DNA from: Selaginella moellendorffii
Lineage: Eukaryota; Plantae; Lycopodiophyta
Direction of reading: 5' to 3'
Length of the DNA: 64,000 bases
Assembly: GCF_000143415.4 (NCBI RefSeq)
Contig: NW_003314344.1
Location: 683,737 to 747,736 of the forward strand
Positions 22,291-33,649 of this stretch are shown one piece after another. The notes under the pieces were generated by a model. That model was not told where the DNA came from and did not search any database. It saw nothing but the letters and a program-made list of their open reading frames with translations. How positions within the stretch are numbered: position 1 is the stretch's first letter; each line of letters opens with the position of its first letter. Both the position numbers and the translations under genes were made by a program.

Positions 22291-23041
22291 TTGTGGGTGT
22301 ATTTCCCTTTTTTCGAATGAGAGTGTGAATGAAGATCTATAAATTCTAAACAGTATGCTACGACAAACCCCTCAAGAATGTATTCTACAAAGAACCAAGT
22401 CTTTCTTTTATATGCAATAAGCTTACATCAACGGTTATTTTTTTTCCTTTCAAACGGTTATATGGCTTCACATAGAATCTTATTTCAAATTTAATAATTT
22501 TTTAATTCTGACAAACCTAACATTTACTAGCCAAAAAGCATAGAGTACAAATTTAAAGAAGTGACAAGAATACTCTTTTTTCAAACATTTTATTTTATGT
22601 TCTAACAAATGTCCCTATCATTGCATGTAGTAAATATTTAAATTATTAGAACAAAATGTGTTCTTTAGAACATTTTTATCTATATAATATATAGAGAGTT
22701 ATTAAATTATTAGGTTCGCCATAACCTTAAAATTTTAAAATTTATAATGTTTGTACTAAATTACAATTGAAAATTGAGCTCAACTCGTGAGCTCAACTCT
22801 TCAACTCGTGAGCTCAAGTATGGTCCGCGCCCCCTATATTGAGCCCGGGTAGGTTTTGAGCTAATGAGCTCACAAGCTGAGTTCATGAGTTGAGCTCATA
22901 ACTTCTCAAATACAAGGAAAACATTAGTTCGTCTTGAACCAACATCTTTTCATTTTTCAAATTTTGATTTAATCTATATTTCCAAATAAATTTGATCAAT
23001 AAAATATAAATATAAATATAGATCCAAACACTAAAAGCGAT

Positions 23042-26000
23042 TTAGAAACACTTCTCAAGCTTTGCAGTTGTAAAGCTTGCCTGATGGATATAATGGTTGA
23101 CCTTAAAATCTTGATTTAGTTCCTGCATAAAAATGTAATAAATATGCTTGTAGGTTAAATATACCTTTCCCCTATTCTCCCTTTGTGTAAAATTTGGACA
23201 AGTATAGAATGGATTTTTGCAGATTCTGATAATGTAGCTTGTACCCTTTGATGACTCAGTCACAACAACAAACTCCTTAACCACGACACTGATGTAATTT
23301 ATCCTTGTGATTGTGCATTTCAACTCCTTTGCCAGCTAGACTTTCTCTTGTGCACCTTTTGAAATGGAAGACCTATATTGTATAGCCTTCCCATTTCTAG
23401 TTGGTCGTATATGCCGATTTAGTGTTGACATTGGTGGCATAGCAGTATCAATAGTAACATTTGAGGAAGTCTTCAGCTTGAAATCAACTTTCTCCAAACT
23501 TTCAATCTCTTTTTTCAAAAGATTACAGCTTCACTCAATTGGCCACTCCTCTGGCACAGAATTTGGCTTTGAGATAATTGAGCTATGGATCTGGTTTGTA
23601 TGAGTAACATCAGTCCCACAATAATAATTCCAACTTGATTGGCAGCACTTTACCCCTAGATCTCGACAACCCCAGAAACATGGTACTGCTGAAGAACTTG
23701 AACTTGAGTGCACAAATGCAAGACATTGGCCTCAACTCCCAATCATTCCGGAGCAACGCACATTACTCTTGGTATTGACTCTTCGAATTGCCCAGTTGAT
23801 ATGAGAAACTGGCTCACAAGCAATAATCTTCTCAACCTCTGACACTGGATTTACTTGTGTAACAATTGGCACTTCCTCCACTCCATGTTCTTTAGTTCTT
23901 CTTTAGTGTCATAGAATAGAATGGTAATCAAACTCTAGACGGTGAGAGCTAGAAGGAATGATGTTGGGCCCATCAAATGTCTGTCGACGCTTTAAACAGG
24001 CTATCTTCATGTCCCCAAGTGGTTCATAACTTGATTCCATAGGAGTTCCAGTAACAACTTCCCCACCATCTTAGATATTGACCCTGCTACTGGTGTTGTC
24101 CTTCTACCAACCCGCTCTTGAAGTTTGTCTAAGTTTGGACTTGTACTAGCAAACCTTGCTTCCTGTGTAGCCAAAGTTTTTGATGACTGCTTAAGAGATC
24201 TAGTGAGGTCAAAGAGTGTAGCTTCATAGAGGGACACTTTTCCTTTCCCTACTTCGGAAGCTCTCCAACTCCAATGTTTTCTCTCAGAGAAATTAATTGT
24301 TGGTGTAAGTGCAATGTTGTCAAGTTGTTGATCCTAGGAAAAATGCAGCATTTAAATGTGGCAAAAACAGAAAATGAGAGAAAACTTATATAGAGAATAT
24401 AATGGCCCTATTGAAATATTCAAACTTCCCACCATGCAAGCCAACACTCCATTTGTAGAAGGTGTTTAATTGGCATTTTGTCTCTTTCACGCCACCATAT
24501 GCACATCTCATTTGCTTTTGCTTCGTGCTCCTCTTTAGTTGGTGCATCCATCCATTCCCGACAAAGCTACTTGAACTCGTGATGGAAGCTAGACTTGATG
24601 CATCGACAATGTTCATTGATGTTCTTTGCCCAATGAAACTCACAACTCTTCTCTTTACCTTGTAATGACTAACTTTTATCACCTCCAAATACTTGTCATA
24701 CAGCCAACCAATTAGCACCAGTAGCATCTGCCATGAAACCACGGAAGTTGGGTTTCTTCCTGATTTGTTGTTCAATAACCTTAGACATACATGTCCAAAA
24801 GACGGTTTGTGCTGGGAAATCTTGAACCTTGAATTCAACTATAGCTATAATTAAGTTGCACTGCAATCTATAGAAGGAATGGTTATAATGTAAATCGGTA
24901 TAGAATCCTTAAAAAATGAATAATCACTTATTTGTGATCATAAATATGAGCTCCCATTGTTAACCAACCTAAAACTCATTCCATATAGTCAAAATGGATT
25001 CAAGAATTAACCAAGTCCCTGTCTCCATCCATATCCATTTGTTGTACAAGGTCCACACTAGAAGCAAGACTAAGGGTGGACATCTTAAAGATGAAAGAGC
25101 ATTGATTATTTGAAGTCATTTGGCCAACGAACAAACTCCCATGAATAAATTCATAAGGACATTTTCTTTTTAACTTCAAAATTGCATCCACATCAGATTA
25201 AAGTTTTCTCACATCTAGTTCTTTTCTACAAAAAAAAAAGAGCGTTTCTAGTGACAAAGTAGAGTTAGTATTAACTTAACCTATTTAAATTTGTCATAGG
25301 TTCTATATTTCGAAGCAAGTCCTTCAAGCTGTTCTCCATGAACTCTTTTTCACTATCAACTTGTAACAATGTGTCCACCACATAGTCCTTTAGTATAGAC
25401 TATTGAACACATTTTGGAGTTGCGGCACTTTTCTTCCCAGTCTCTATAGTAACAACAACCTTCAAATTGCGAAAAGAATCATGGCAGATTCCTTCCTCTA
25501 TTGCGTGTTGGTGGTATCCAACATGCCTTGCTACTCTGCCTAAACATCCATCATGTGGAAGAAAATAATACATTTTCGCATCGCAACATGCTTGACACAT
25601 AGGTGTTGCCCTACATTTGCAACATCTAAACCCTGTAGCAACCTCATCACACCTAGAGGGATTGATTGCTGAGCCTTCAAAGAAACACATATTCTCATGA
25701 TCAAAAATGCATTTCTCTGTGACACACTGAACCTGTCCACCACAATGGACTATGGACATAGATCCGTCGAAATGGGAGAAGTGGGTCGTCTTTACTCTAC
25801 ATCAATTATGTGGATCAAGACGCGTCTCCATGCCCCTCTTCCTACTTGATAAATTGGCAAATGAAAATTCAAAGAATATATTCCCATTATAGGAAGATGG
25901 AAGCTCCTCACCTCTCATGTACTGGAACCCCTTCAATTCCAACTGTAATGATTGAGATTGCCAAAATGCCTTATCCACCGCTTCAAAAACTAGTCCAGAA

Positions 26001-26407
26001 GGAATGCACTTACTTGTCTGAGAAGCTATGTCGGGAAGCTCATCTTCTTCACTTTTGCCACTGGAGAGAATAACAACTTCATCCTTCACTCCTTGCACAG
26101 TTGGCTATGAAACTGACGCACTCTCCTCTGCTCGCTTTAGAGATTCTATAACTAGAATCTCTTGACCTATACATCTATCAAAATCCCACCGAATCCCATT
26201 TTCTCCCACACCACTGTCGAGAAGAATGGATTTTTCTATCTGATTATCCTTATCCCGATATACATTCTCCAAATTAATTGATCTCGGCTTCAACTTGAAT
26301 CTTTTGCAGAGGAAGCTCTCTCCTATAGCATTCTTAGAAAAAACAATTGGAGGTTCTTGATCGAACTTCAAATAGAATTCTCTTATATCTTCTCTTTGCT
26401 CAACCAT
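23042..26407 (-). pseudogene. MULE transposase, copy C (many stops and frameshifts)
   Basis: Fragments align with the 18422-21746 protein: ESFLCKRF, LPSSYNGNIFFE, HCGGQVQC..HVGYHQH, CPYEFIHGSLF, GFMADA, degenerate SWIM YTCPNF..YKH. Confidence 0.9.
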
Positions 26408-27119
26408 TTAGAAAAAATTTGGAGAGAAATTGACAAGAAAGAACAAAGATATTTTTCTGTATTGTGAGTTTTAATTAGTTGTGTCCTTGCAAAGGACAAG
26501 TTAAATATTTCAACAAAATATACAACTGTTTAGAATCTAGAGATATATGAGAATGTTAAAGAGCCACCCATATTAATTGTATAATTGATTGTGAGAGGAA
26601 TAATACTATTGAAATGAATGGGGTTATAAGCAAAAGGTGCCAATTAATCACGAGAGTTGTAGCATTAATTACTTGTTCTCCCTCTCATCTCCATGCTCTT
26701 TTCCCTTCAAAAGAGTTTCATTTTTTTGTGATAAGTGAGAGAGACTCAAGCTCGAAAAGGTTGGTTTGTGTGGGGCTTTTTCAATTATAAAATTAATATC
26801 TAAAGCATTGAATGATTGTCTCCTTGGAAAGAACACGTGAAATCTATGTTTATAGTGGATTTGTCCTATAAATATATCCAAGTACTATTAAAAAAATTGA
26901 TTGTGACCATTGATCATGACTGTTAATTTTTAGGGTTTTACTGCTGGGGTTTGAGCGAGAAAAACGCTTAAATGCTTCAAAATGCTTCTCAATCAGGACG
27001 CTCAATGCTCTTCAAGACACTAGAAAAACACTCCTCAATCAAGGTATGCCTCTCTCTACTGCTTTTCCATCTCCCCATCTTTTGCTCCTAGCTTGCAAGT
27101 AACTTGTGCCTCACGGCTA

Positions 27120-27690
27120 CTTCGCGCTGGAATGATCAGTTCGGCAGCGAACCAATCTTCCTAACACATCAGATTCTGGGTTTTTTTTTTTGTTTGTCGT
27201 TCTAGTGGCGTTGAGAAGATTGGTTCAATGACAAACCAATCTTCCCAGCACATCAGATTCTAGGTTTTTTTTTGTTTCTTGTCATTCCATTGGTGCTAAG
27301 AAGATTGGTTCGGTGATGAACTGATCTTCCTAGCACCAAAGGAACTTCTTCTTTTCTTTTCTTTTTTGTTCTCTTGGCGCTGAGAAAATTGGTTCAACAA
27401 TGAATTTATCTTCCTAGTGCTAAGGGAACTACTTCTTTTTTCCTTTTTTTTTTTCTCTTGGCACTAAGACGATCAGTTTAGCAACAAACTAATCTTCCTA
27501 GCACCAAGGGAACTGCTTCTTTTCTTCTTTTTTCTGTTCCCTTGGCACTGAGAAGATCAATTTGGTGATGAACCAATCTTCCCAGCGCCAAGGGAACTAC
27601 TTCTTTTCTTCTTTTTTTTTTGTTCCCTTGACGCTGAGAGGATCGGTTTAGTGACAAACCGATCTTCCTAGTGCCAAGGGAACTGCTTCG
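27120..27690. repeat. Array of about seven ~84-bp units, each a ~60-bp hairpin followed by a T-rich spacer
   Basis: Unit consensus gttcccttggcrctgagaagattggttc-N6-gaaccaatcttccyagyrccaagggaac, starting near 27125, 27200, 27285, 27368, 27452, 27536 and 27622. Confidence 0.9.
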
Positions 27691-29404
27691 TGGTTTTTTT
27701 AATGTTTACTCAAGTTTATTTGTCATTTTCATGCAAATATATAAAACATGCCACAATAGAAGAAGCGTGCCAGTCAACCTCAATGGACTCGTTCTCTAGG
27801 AAAACAACTAGATTGTTGTGCTAGATTCACTAGGGACACCTCACAAGTTCAAAGCGCTGCTTCGGAGGAAGACCATGGTGGAAGCAATGGTGTCCAGATC
27901 CAAGTAATGGTTGATCCTGATCCAAGTATTAGCATGCAGGAGCCAAATGGTTCTATACAGTGTGGAAATGCAAAAGCTAGCTATAGCACAGGAGAAGTTA
28001 CTAGTGGTAGTGCCATAGGTGGTGGGGTGGAACTTGGTGGTAGAAATGCACCTAGTTCTATAAGTGGTGGGGTAGATCTTGGTGGTGGAAATGGTAGACA
28101 TGTTATTGCTCTTGAAGGTCACAGAAATGAGGTGGTAACTATGCTAGAGGCCGACATGATCTTGAATGAGTGAGTATGCAAGACTATTGTCCAAGCTCAA
28201 GAATAAACTATCAACAGGGTGTTAGGTGAAAGGAAAGGATCCCAACATCTTCAGATTCCACTTTGCCATCTTAAACAGAGTCACTAGATGTGCTCAGCCT
28301 ATAACCTCAACATGGCTATTTATACCTCTTTCATAGAGGTTGGATTCATGCACACTACTGGATCATTTATTGTGTCATCATCATTCCTTGGAACAAATTG
28401 CATAAACATGGTTACTCACGAGATCGAGCAGATTTGGGATCAAATATGGCAGAGGAAATCTCAGGAGTTTGATAATTTGATGGCATGCCACAAGGAGACA
28501 CAAGCCTTTGTAGGCCAAATGTTCTTCATTATTGATGGAAACCATCGGTGGCTAGCGTTTTGGAGGTGTATCCAAGAGAAGTTCTAGGACGATGACGAGT
28601 GACATATTTGTGTTTCAGTGACACTTGTGGAGCCACAGGATCAAAACCAAGTTGTGAGGCTCAACTTGGCATGTCATAAGATCAACATGTAAGAATCATT
28701 TACTAGTAACCTTTGTTCTCACCAACTATGTCATAGGCTTAATTAGTTTGCTTTCCAAGCACATACCTTGGTCCATGATATCAAGCACCTTCGATATGTT
28801 GGCATGCTTTCTCTCGAGGAAATCCAAATGCTGTATAGTCATGAGGTTAAGGAAGCAGTTCAAGCAGAGCTTGTAGCACGTAAAGGCCAAGAGTTGTTTA
28901 CTTGGTATCAGGTGCCTATGGATTTTTTGGTTGCGTTCTGGGCAAAAGTATCTTTTTCTTGTATGAACTTGTATTTTCTACTCACAAGTTTTCCTTTTAG
29001 CCAATTGTCAAGGTGGAGCAAAACTCATATTTGAAAATTAAGCAAGTGATAGATGAGGTGCAAAAGAACCTTGAATTGCAACAAATTGAGCAGCATATTT
29101 TGAACTCGAAGAAATCAAAGGTGAAGAAGCTACTTGCAATTGCAGACATTTGACATGATAAAAATTGGCTAGATTGCATTGCAGAGATATACTCTTGTGG
29201 CAATAAGTTAATCCCTTTTATCTTTTTTATTCCACTTTGAAATCCTTGTCCTTGTAGGAAATGGTAAAGCACCTGAAGAATTAATCTATAACATCGCAAA
29301 AAGCAAACTCTCCTTCAATGAACAAACCTCTTGCTTGGAGCTCCTTAACACTTGGCATCATAACAATGATAATCAGTTGGAGAGCAAACTTGAGAATGTG
29401 ATGA

Positions 29405-29694
29405 AATGCTTTATTTCGTTAAAGTGGGACTTTTCATTATCCCACTTATAGTGTGTGGCCACATGCCATTTTTATAACAACAATAAAAAATTGAAGTTTT
29501 AACTTTATAATTTATAAATTAAAAACTTTTCATATGATTTTGTGTTATAATATTGTGAAATATAAAAAAATAAATTAAAAAACTGATAGAAATATTAATA
29601 AATATTAATTAAGTACTAGGAAATGGCATGTGGACACATGCTAATTAATGTCCCACTTTACTGAATAAGTCCCACTTTAACGAAATAAAGCATT
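29405..29694. mobile_element. MITE (~290 bp) inserted in an exon of ParB-MTase copy C
   Basis: 28-bp perfect TIR aatgctttatttcgttaaagtgggactt / aagtcccactttaacgaaataaagcatt with an AT-rich interior. The coding sequence (VM|KEK, continuous in copy A) resumes after it. Confidence 0.9.
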
Positions 29695-32299
29695 AAAGGA
29701 GAAGCTCTATATCACTCAAAGTATTGCGGCTGCTAAGGAGCTACTTCAAGTATGGGATACGAAGTTCCTTACTAGTGCCCGCACCGGCATAACACTTCCA
29801 AAATATGTCCGAGCTTCCCTTCAAGAGCTTGGGAATGGATGGCTTCCTGATGGCAACTCAAGCTCTATGGATTTCAAGAACCAGTCGGGCCAACCATTTT
29901 TCTCGCGCCACATGGCATATAGGTATATTGTAAGAAATTGACTTGTTTATTTAATCATGGCTCTTTTGTAGGTATTTAAATCATTGCTCAGGTACTCCAG
30001 TGTATATAGCAAGTGTTTTTCTCAAGCTCTTAATTTGTAGGAAGAAACTTGGTATGTATGAGCCAAAGTTCTATTGTCCCACTACGCAAGAGCAAGAACT
30101 TTGTCCATGGTACTTGGAGTTGTAGAGGTAAATGCCATTGTCACATTTTGAGCTTGATCTCTACCTCAAGTGTCATTCAGGTTTGATGAGTAAAATTTCC
30201 TAGTAGTAACTTATGTTTCTACTTTATTGTAGAGGCACTTTTGGAGGGAGTGGAGATGCCTCAAGACAGGGACGAGATTCATATTGAGCAGACCGAAGAT
30301 GAAAAAATGGAAAACCTAGCTGAAAGCTCTCCTGCCCCATCTCATCCTATAGTAGTTGCTCATTCCCCAGATCCTACTGCTGCTGCTTGTCCAGCCATGA
30401 CTGCTTGAAATGTACAAAGGCAGCTCCATAGTGAGGACGTCCAAGAGAGTAAGAACTTGATTTCCAATGTGCTTATTGTAATTTTGTTGTAGATGTCGAA
30501 GAAACCAACTAGCACTCTATACGCCGACGTACAAATGCATTCTTTCCATCCCTTGCTATAGAGGATGACCTCCAAGAGTTATCTTCATCAGCTTCACATA
30601 AACAGGTATGAAAAAAAACATGTATTAAATTTAATATTTCCCAGTTTTGAACACTATTCAGGTTTGCCCTCTTTCTCTTATGGGAAGTGTTAGCAACATG
30701 GTAATAGTTATTGGGGACTACTTTCAACTTTCCAACAATGTGAGACGAGAGTCTTCTATGTTCCATTGATGGATGCGAGGATTGGGAATGAACAATACTT
30801 TTGGCATCGACCTCGCATTCTTCGACCTGCCTGATGGGTTACCACCTTTACAAGGTGACACTCCATCGTAGAACATCCTTTGACTATACCATATTTCTCA
30901 AGCAATGGATGTGGCATCCAAAGTGTTGCAATATGAGGGCATTATGCTAGTTATTCTTCCCCATTCTTTATTTTGCGGAGGTCTTCTTGCAACGATTGCG
31001 GAAAATGATGACTCTAGATTGGTTGAGTTTGCATCAGGCTACCTATCTCAAACATCCCGGTTGAAACAAAAGGAGTAGGTGGCCGAATCCAAAAGGTTTG
31101 CATTTCCTTATTTTTCATATCTTAAATTGATTGCCTCTTTTCATTGTAGGTTTTAGCATGGAACTACCATGCTCTTTACTGCTACTCTTGCCGTCACAGT
31201 ATTACACAAGCTGATGAGCGTGCAGGTTTGGCATTTCTAGGATATGATAGCTCAATAGATATCATCCCGAATGTCATCAATGAGGACCATCATATAGAGT
31301 TCTCTAGCTCTCAACATTGTTCACCAAAAGCCATGCAAATCCTCCTAGAGTTGTTTTGTCCTCCTAAAGGAATTGTGTTTGATGCTACAGTAGGTTTTGG
31401 TTCGATAGTGCTAGCGGCTAAAGAGATTGGCTGTGCAATTTTTGCACTAGAGAAGGAGAGTGCATTTGAAGGTGTTTTTGGGACATTTCATAACAGGTGA
31501 TAATAAAGTATAAATTTCTCATTATAGTAATTCCATCATGGTTGTGTATATTAGGTAGATCAATAACATGGGCTATATTATGCAAAAACAATGGCACAAA
31601 CTCATATATAACAAAAGCCCACAGTTAAAGAGCATAATACTATATGAACTCCTCCTTTTGTGGATGTAAATGCTTAGAAAGACTAAGTTTAGTTTTTTCT
31701 TTAGTCAAATTTTTTAGTGGTAATATAGAGTTTCTTCTTTGAGTTATGATATTTATTTCTTATTAGACTTATATTATTTATCTTTTTCTTGGACTGAAAA
31801 TATGTCTTAAGTTTTGAATAGAATTGTTGGTTCATCCCGAACCTTGCATGTGTCCATTGAGTGCTGGAGTAGAAGGAAGTGGCTTCGACTTCTGTGGCCT
31901 CACCTAAAGATCCACCTAGGTGCCTTGAGTGAACAGGCTCACTTGGTTGGAATCAACTTTTGTATTTGGTGGACTATATTGATTTTCATTGACTTTCATT
32001 GATTTGAGCTCAACTCAAAAACTACCCATATTCAGATCAATAAAGTTTTATACATGAGAGTATGTGGTTGCTGCTCCATTATGAATTTTCCCTCTTGGCA
32101 ATGGAAGAACAATAGAGTACTTGGTTCCTGCTCCGTCTTGTTTCACTTGGGAGACTGTGGAGGGAAGTGACGAAGCCCTAGACTCAGATCTAAATTTAAA
32201 ATTATAATTATAAATTTAAAAATTCAAGAAATTAGATTTTGTTGCCAATGCAAAAAAAAAGGACATTGTTTTCTAAATCAACTTTGCTTAATACGAGAT

Positions 32300-33300
32300 T
32301 CCAAGGAATCTCCTCACAGATTCTTCCAGAATCTTCCAAGGACCCTGATGCACACAACCCCTTGGCATTCTGTCACCGCGGACTCTCAGATCCTCTTCTT
32401 CTTGAGCTGCTTGCACCATGCACGTCACAATGCATGCTTGAGAGCATCAAATTGGACCAGCATCTTCTTCAACAGGTGCCGACTCTGTGGCTGTGTTGAA
32501 GGAGATCTAACCGCTTTTGAAGCCACAGCGAGTCATGAAGCTGAATTATTGCAGGTGGAGATGCACAATGAAATTGATGCCATTCACAAGAATGGTACCT
32601 ATTCTCTTGTTCCTCTTCCTGCTGGGCGCCGCGCACCAGATCCACCAGCTACAAGACTCAGTTGGTTGCTAAGGGTTTCATGAAGGTGGCTGGCATCCAC
32701 TACATAGACTTTTTCCCTGGTTGCTCACATGGCAAGTCTTTGCAGCCTCTTAGCCCTTGCAACACAGCATGACTGGGACATCCATCAGATGGATGTCGGC
32801 AGGGCCTTCTTGAATGGTAAGCTCGAGGATGAGATATACATGCGTCAGGCTGGAGGATTTTTGGAGCCAGGCAAGGAGTAACTGGTTTGCAAAGCCTTGT
32901 ACGGCTTGAAACATTTGGTAGCAATTTGCTGTGGCAGCATTCCTTTGGAAACACAGTTGCAGATGTCACTCAGACTGGCGTCAACAAGCCATCACCATCA
33001 TTATCTTTATGTTGATGACCTTCTCCTCATTCCACTGATTACATTTTGCAGATGAAGCGGCAGTTATCTAGCACCTTTGCAAGACTTACCAGTTGGCCGG
33101 TTTTTGGGACCACCAACACCTCCGCATTAGCCTGACTACATTCACAAACTTTTCTCACAAGCACAATATGCAAGATTTCAACTCTTCAGCGACCCCCATG
33201 GAGGTTGGTGCTGCAAGGATTACAACGACCAACCTTTCGATGCAACCTTGTTCTGAAGTTTGGTAGCCGGGTTAATATACCTTAAGCTTGCTCAGTCCAC
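32300..33300 (+). mobile_element. Ty1/Copia reverse-transcriptase remnant, heavily deleted
   Basis: EMHNEIDAIHKNGTYSLVPLPAGRR; ..LVAKGF; HDWDIHQMDV..AFLNG; LYVDDLL (~33005). Confidence 0.85.
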
Positions 33301-33649
33301 ACTTTTCAAGATATTCTTTTGAGGGCTTTGAATGCAAAAAAGGGATGGTTGTTCTTTTCAACTTTGCCTGAGAAGCTAGCACGACTCCAGACCTTTGAAA
33401 GTGGCACTGATTCCACAGGGTGTTGAGGGTGATGCATCATGTCAGAAAGCTCCACATCAGGTTATGGAAACCATTCTGAAGATTCAAGAGCGGCAGTGAA
33501 AGACATTGAGAAGAGCTGCATCCCTTGGAGTGTACTTTGAAGTATCGTAAGACAAAGTACCTTCTGTAAGACCCACTTTCTAGTATTCAAAGTGTTTTTT
33601 TCGCCAGAGTTACTTCTACTCGTCGTCATAGGCTTCCTGGTCAAACAGC

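Larger units (their letters stand above)
10314..22832. mobile_element. Complete Mutator-like (MULE) DNA transposon, element B (~12.5 kb), carrying a transposase, a ParB-methyltransferase gene and three zinc-finger genes
   Basis: Perfect 9-bp direct repeat CCTATATTG at 10305-10313 and 22833-22841. Imperfect TIRs begin GGG and share gagttgagctca(t/c)gagttgagctcaatt. MULE-type transposase inside. Confidence 0.9.
27005..31686 (+). pseudogene. ParB/Srx-like + beta-class methyltransferase-like fusion gene, copy C (degenerate, MITE-interrupted); 5' exon inferred
   Basis: FFIIDGNHRW (DGNHR at 28534); LAFFDLPDG (30824); LELFCPPKGIVFDATVGFGSIVLAAKEIGCAIFALEKE (~31345-31460). Same intron layout as copy A; numerous stops. 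Confidence 0.8.
22847..32027. mobile_element. Second Mutator-like element C (~9.2 kb), degenerate, with the same divergent transposase / ParB-MTase layout
   Basis: TIRs gggtaggttttgagct (22847) and, as reverse complement, gggtagtttttgagtt (ending 32027). Contains homologues of both main genes of element B. No clean TSD found. Confidence 0.85.

Noticed and set aside
27120-27690. CRISPR array
   Set aside because: Repeats are ~60 bp and degenerate, spacers are similar low-complexity T tracts rather than unique sequences, no cas genes are present, and the context is eukaryotic.
22836-32036. TSD for element C (atattgag vs atattcag)
   Set aside because: It has one mismatch and is offset by 3 bp from the TIR on the left, so it is not reliable.
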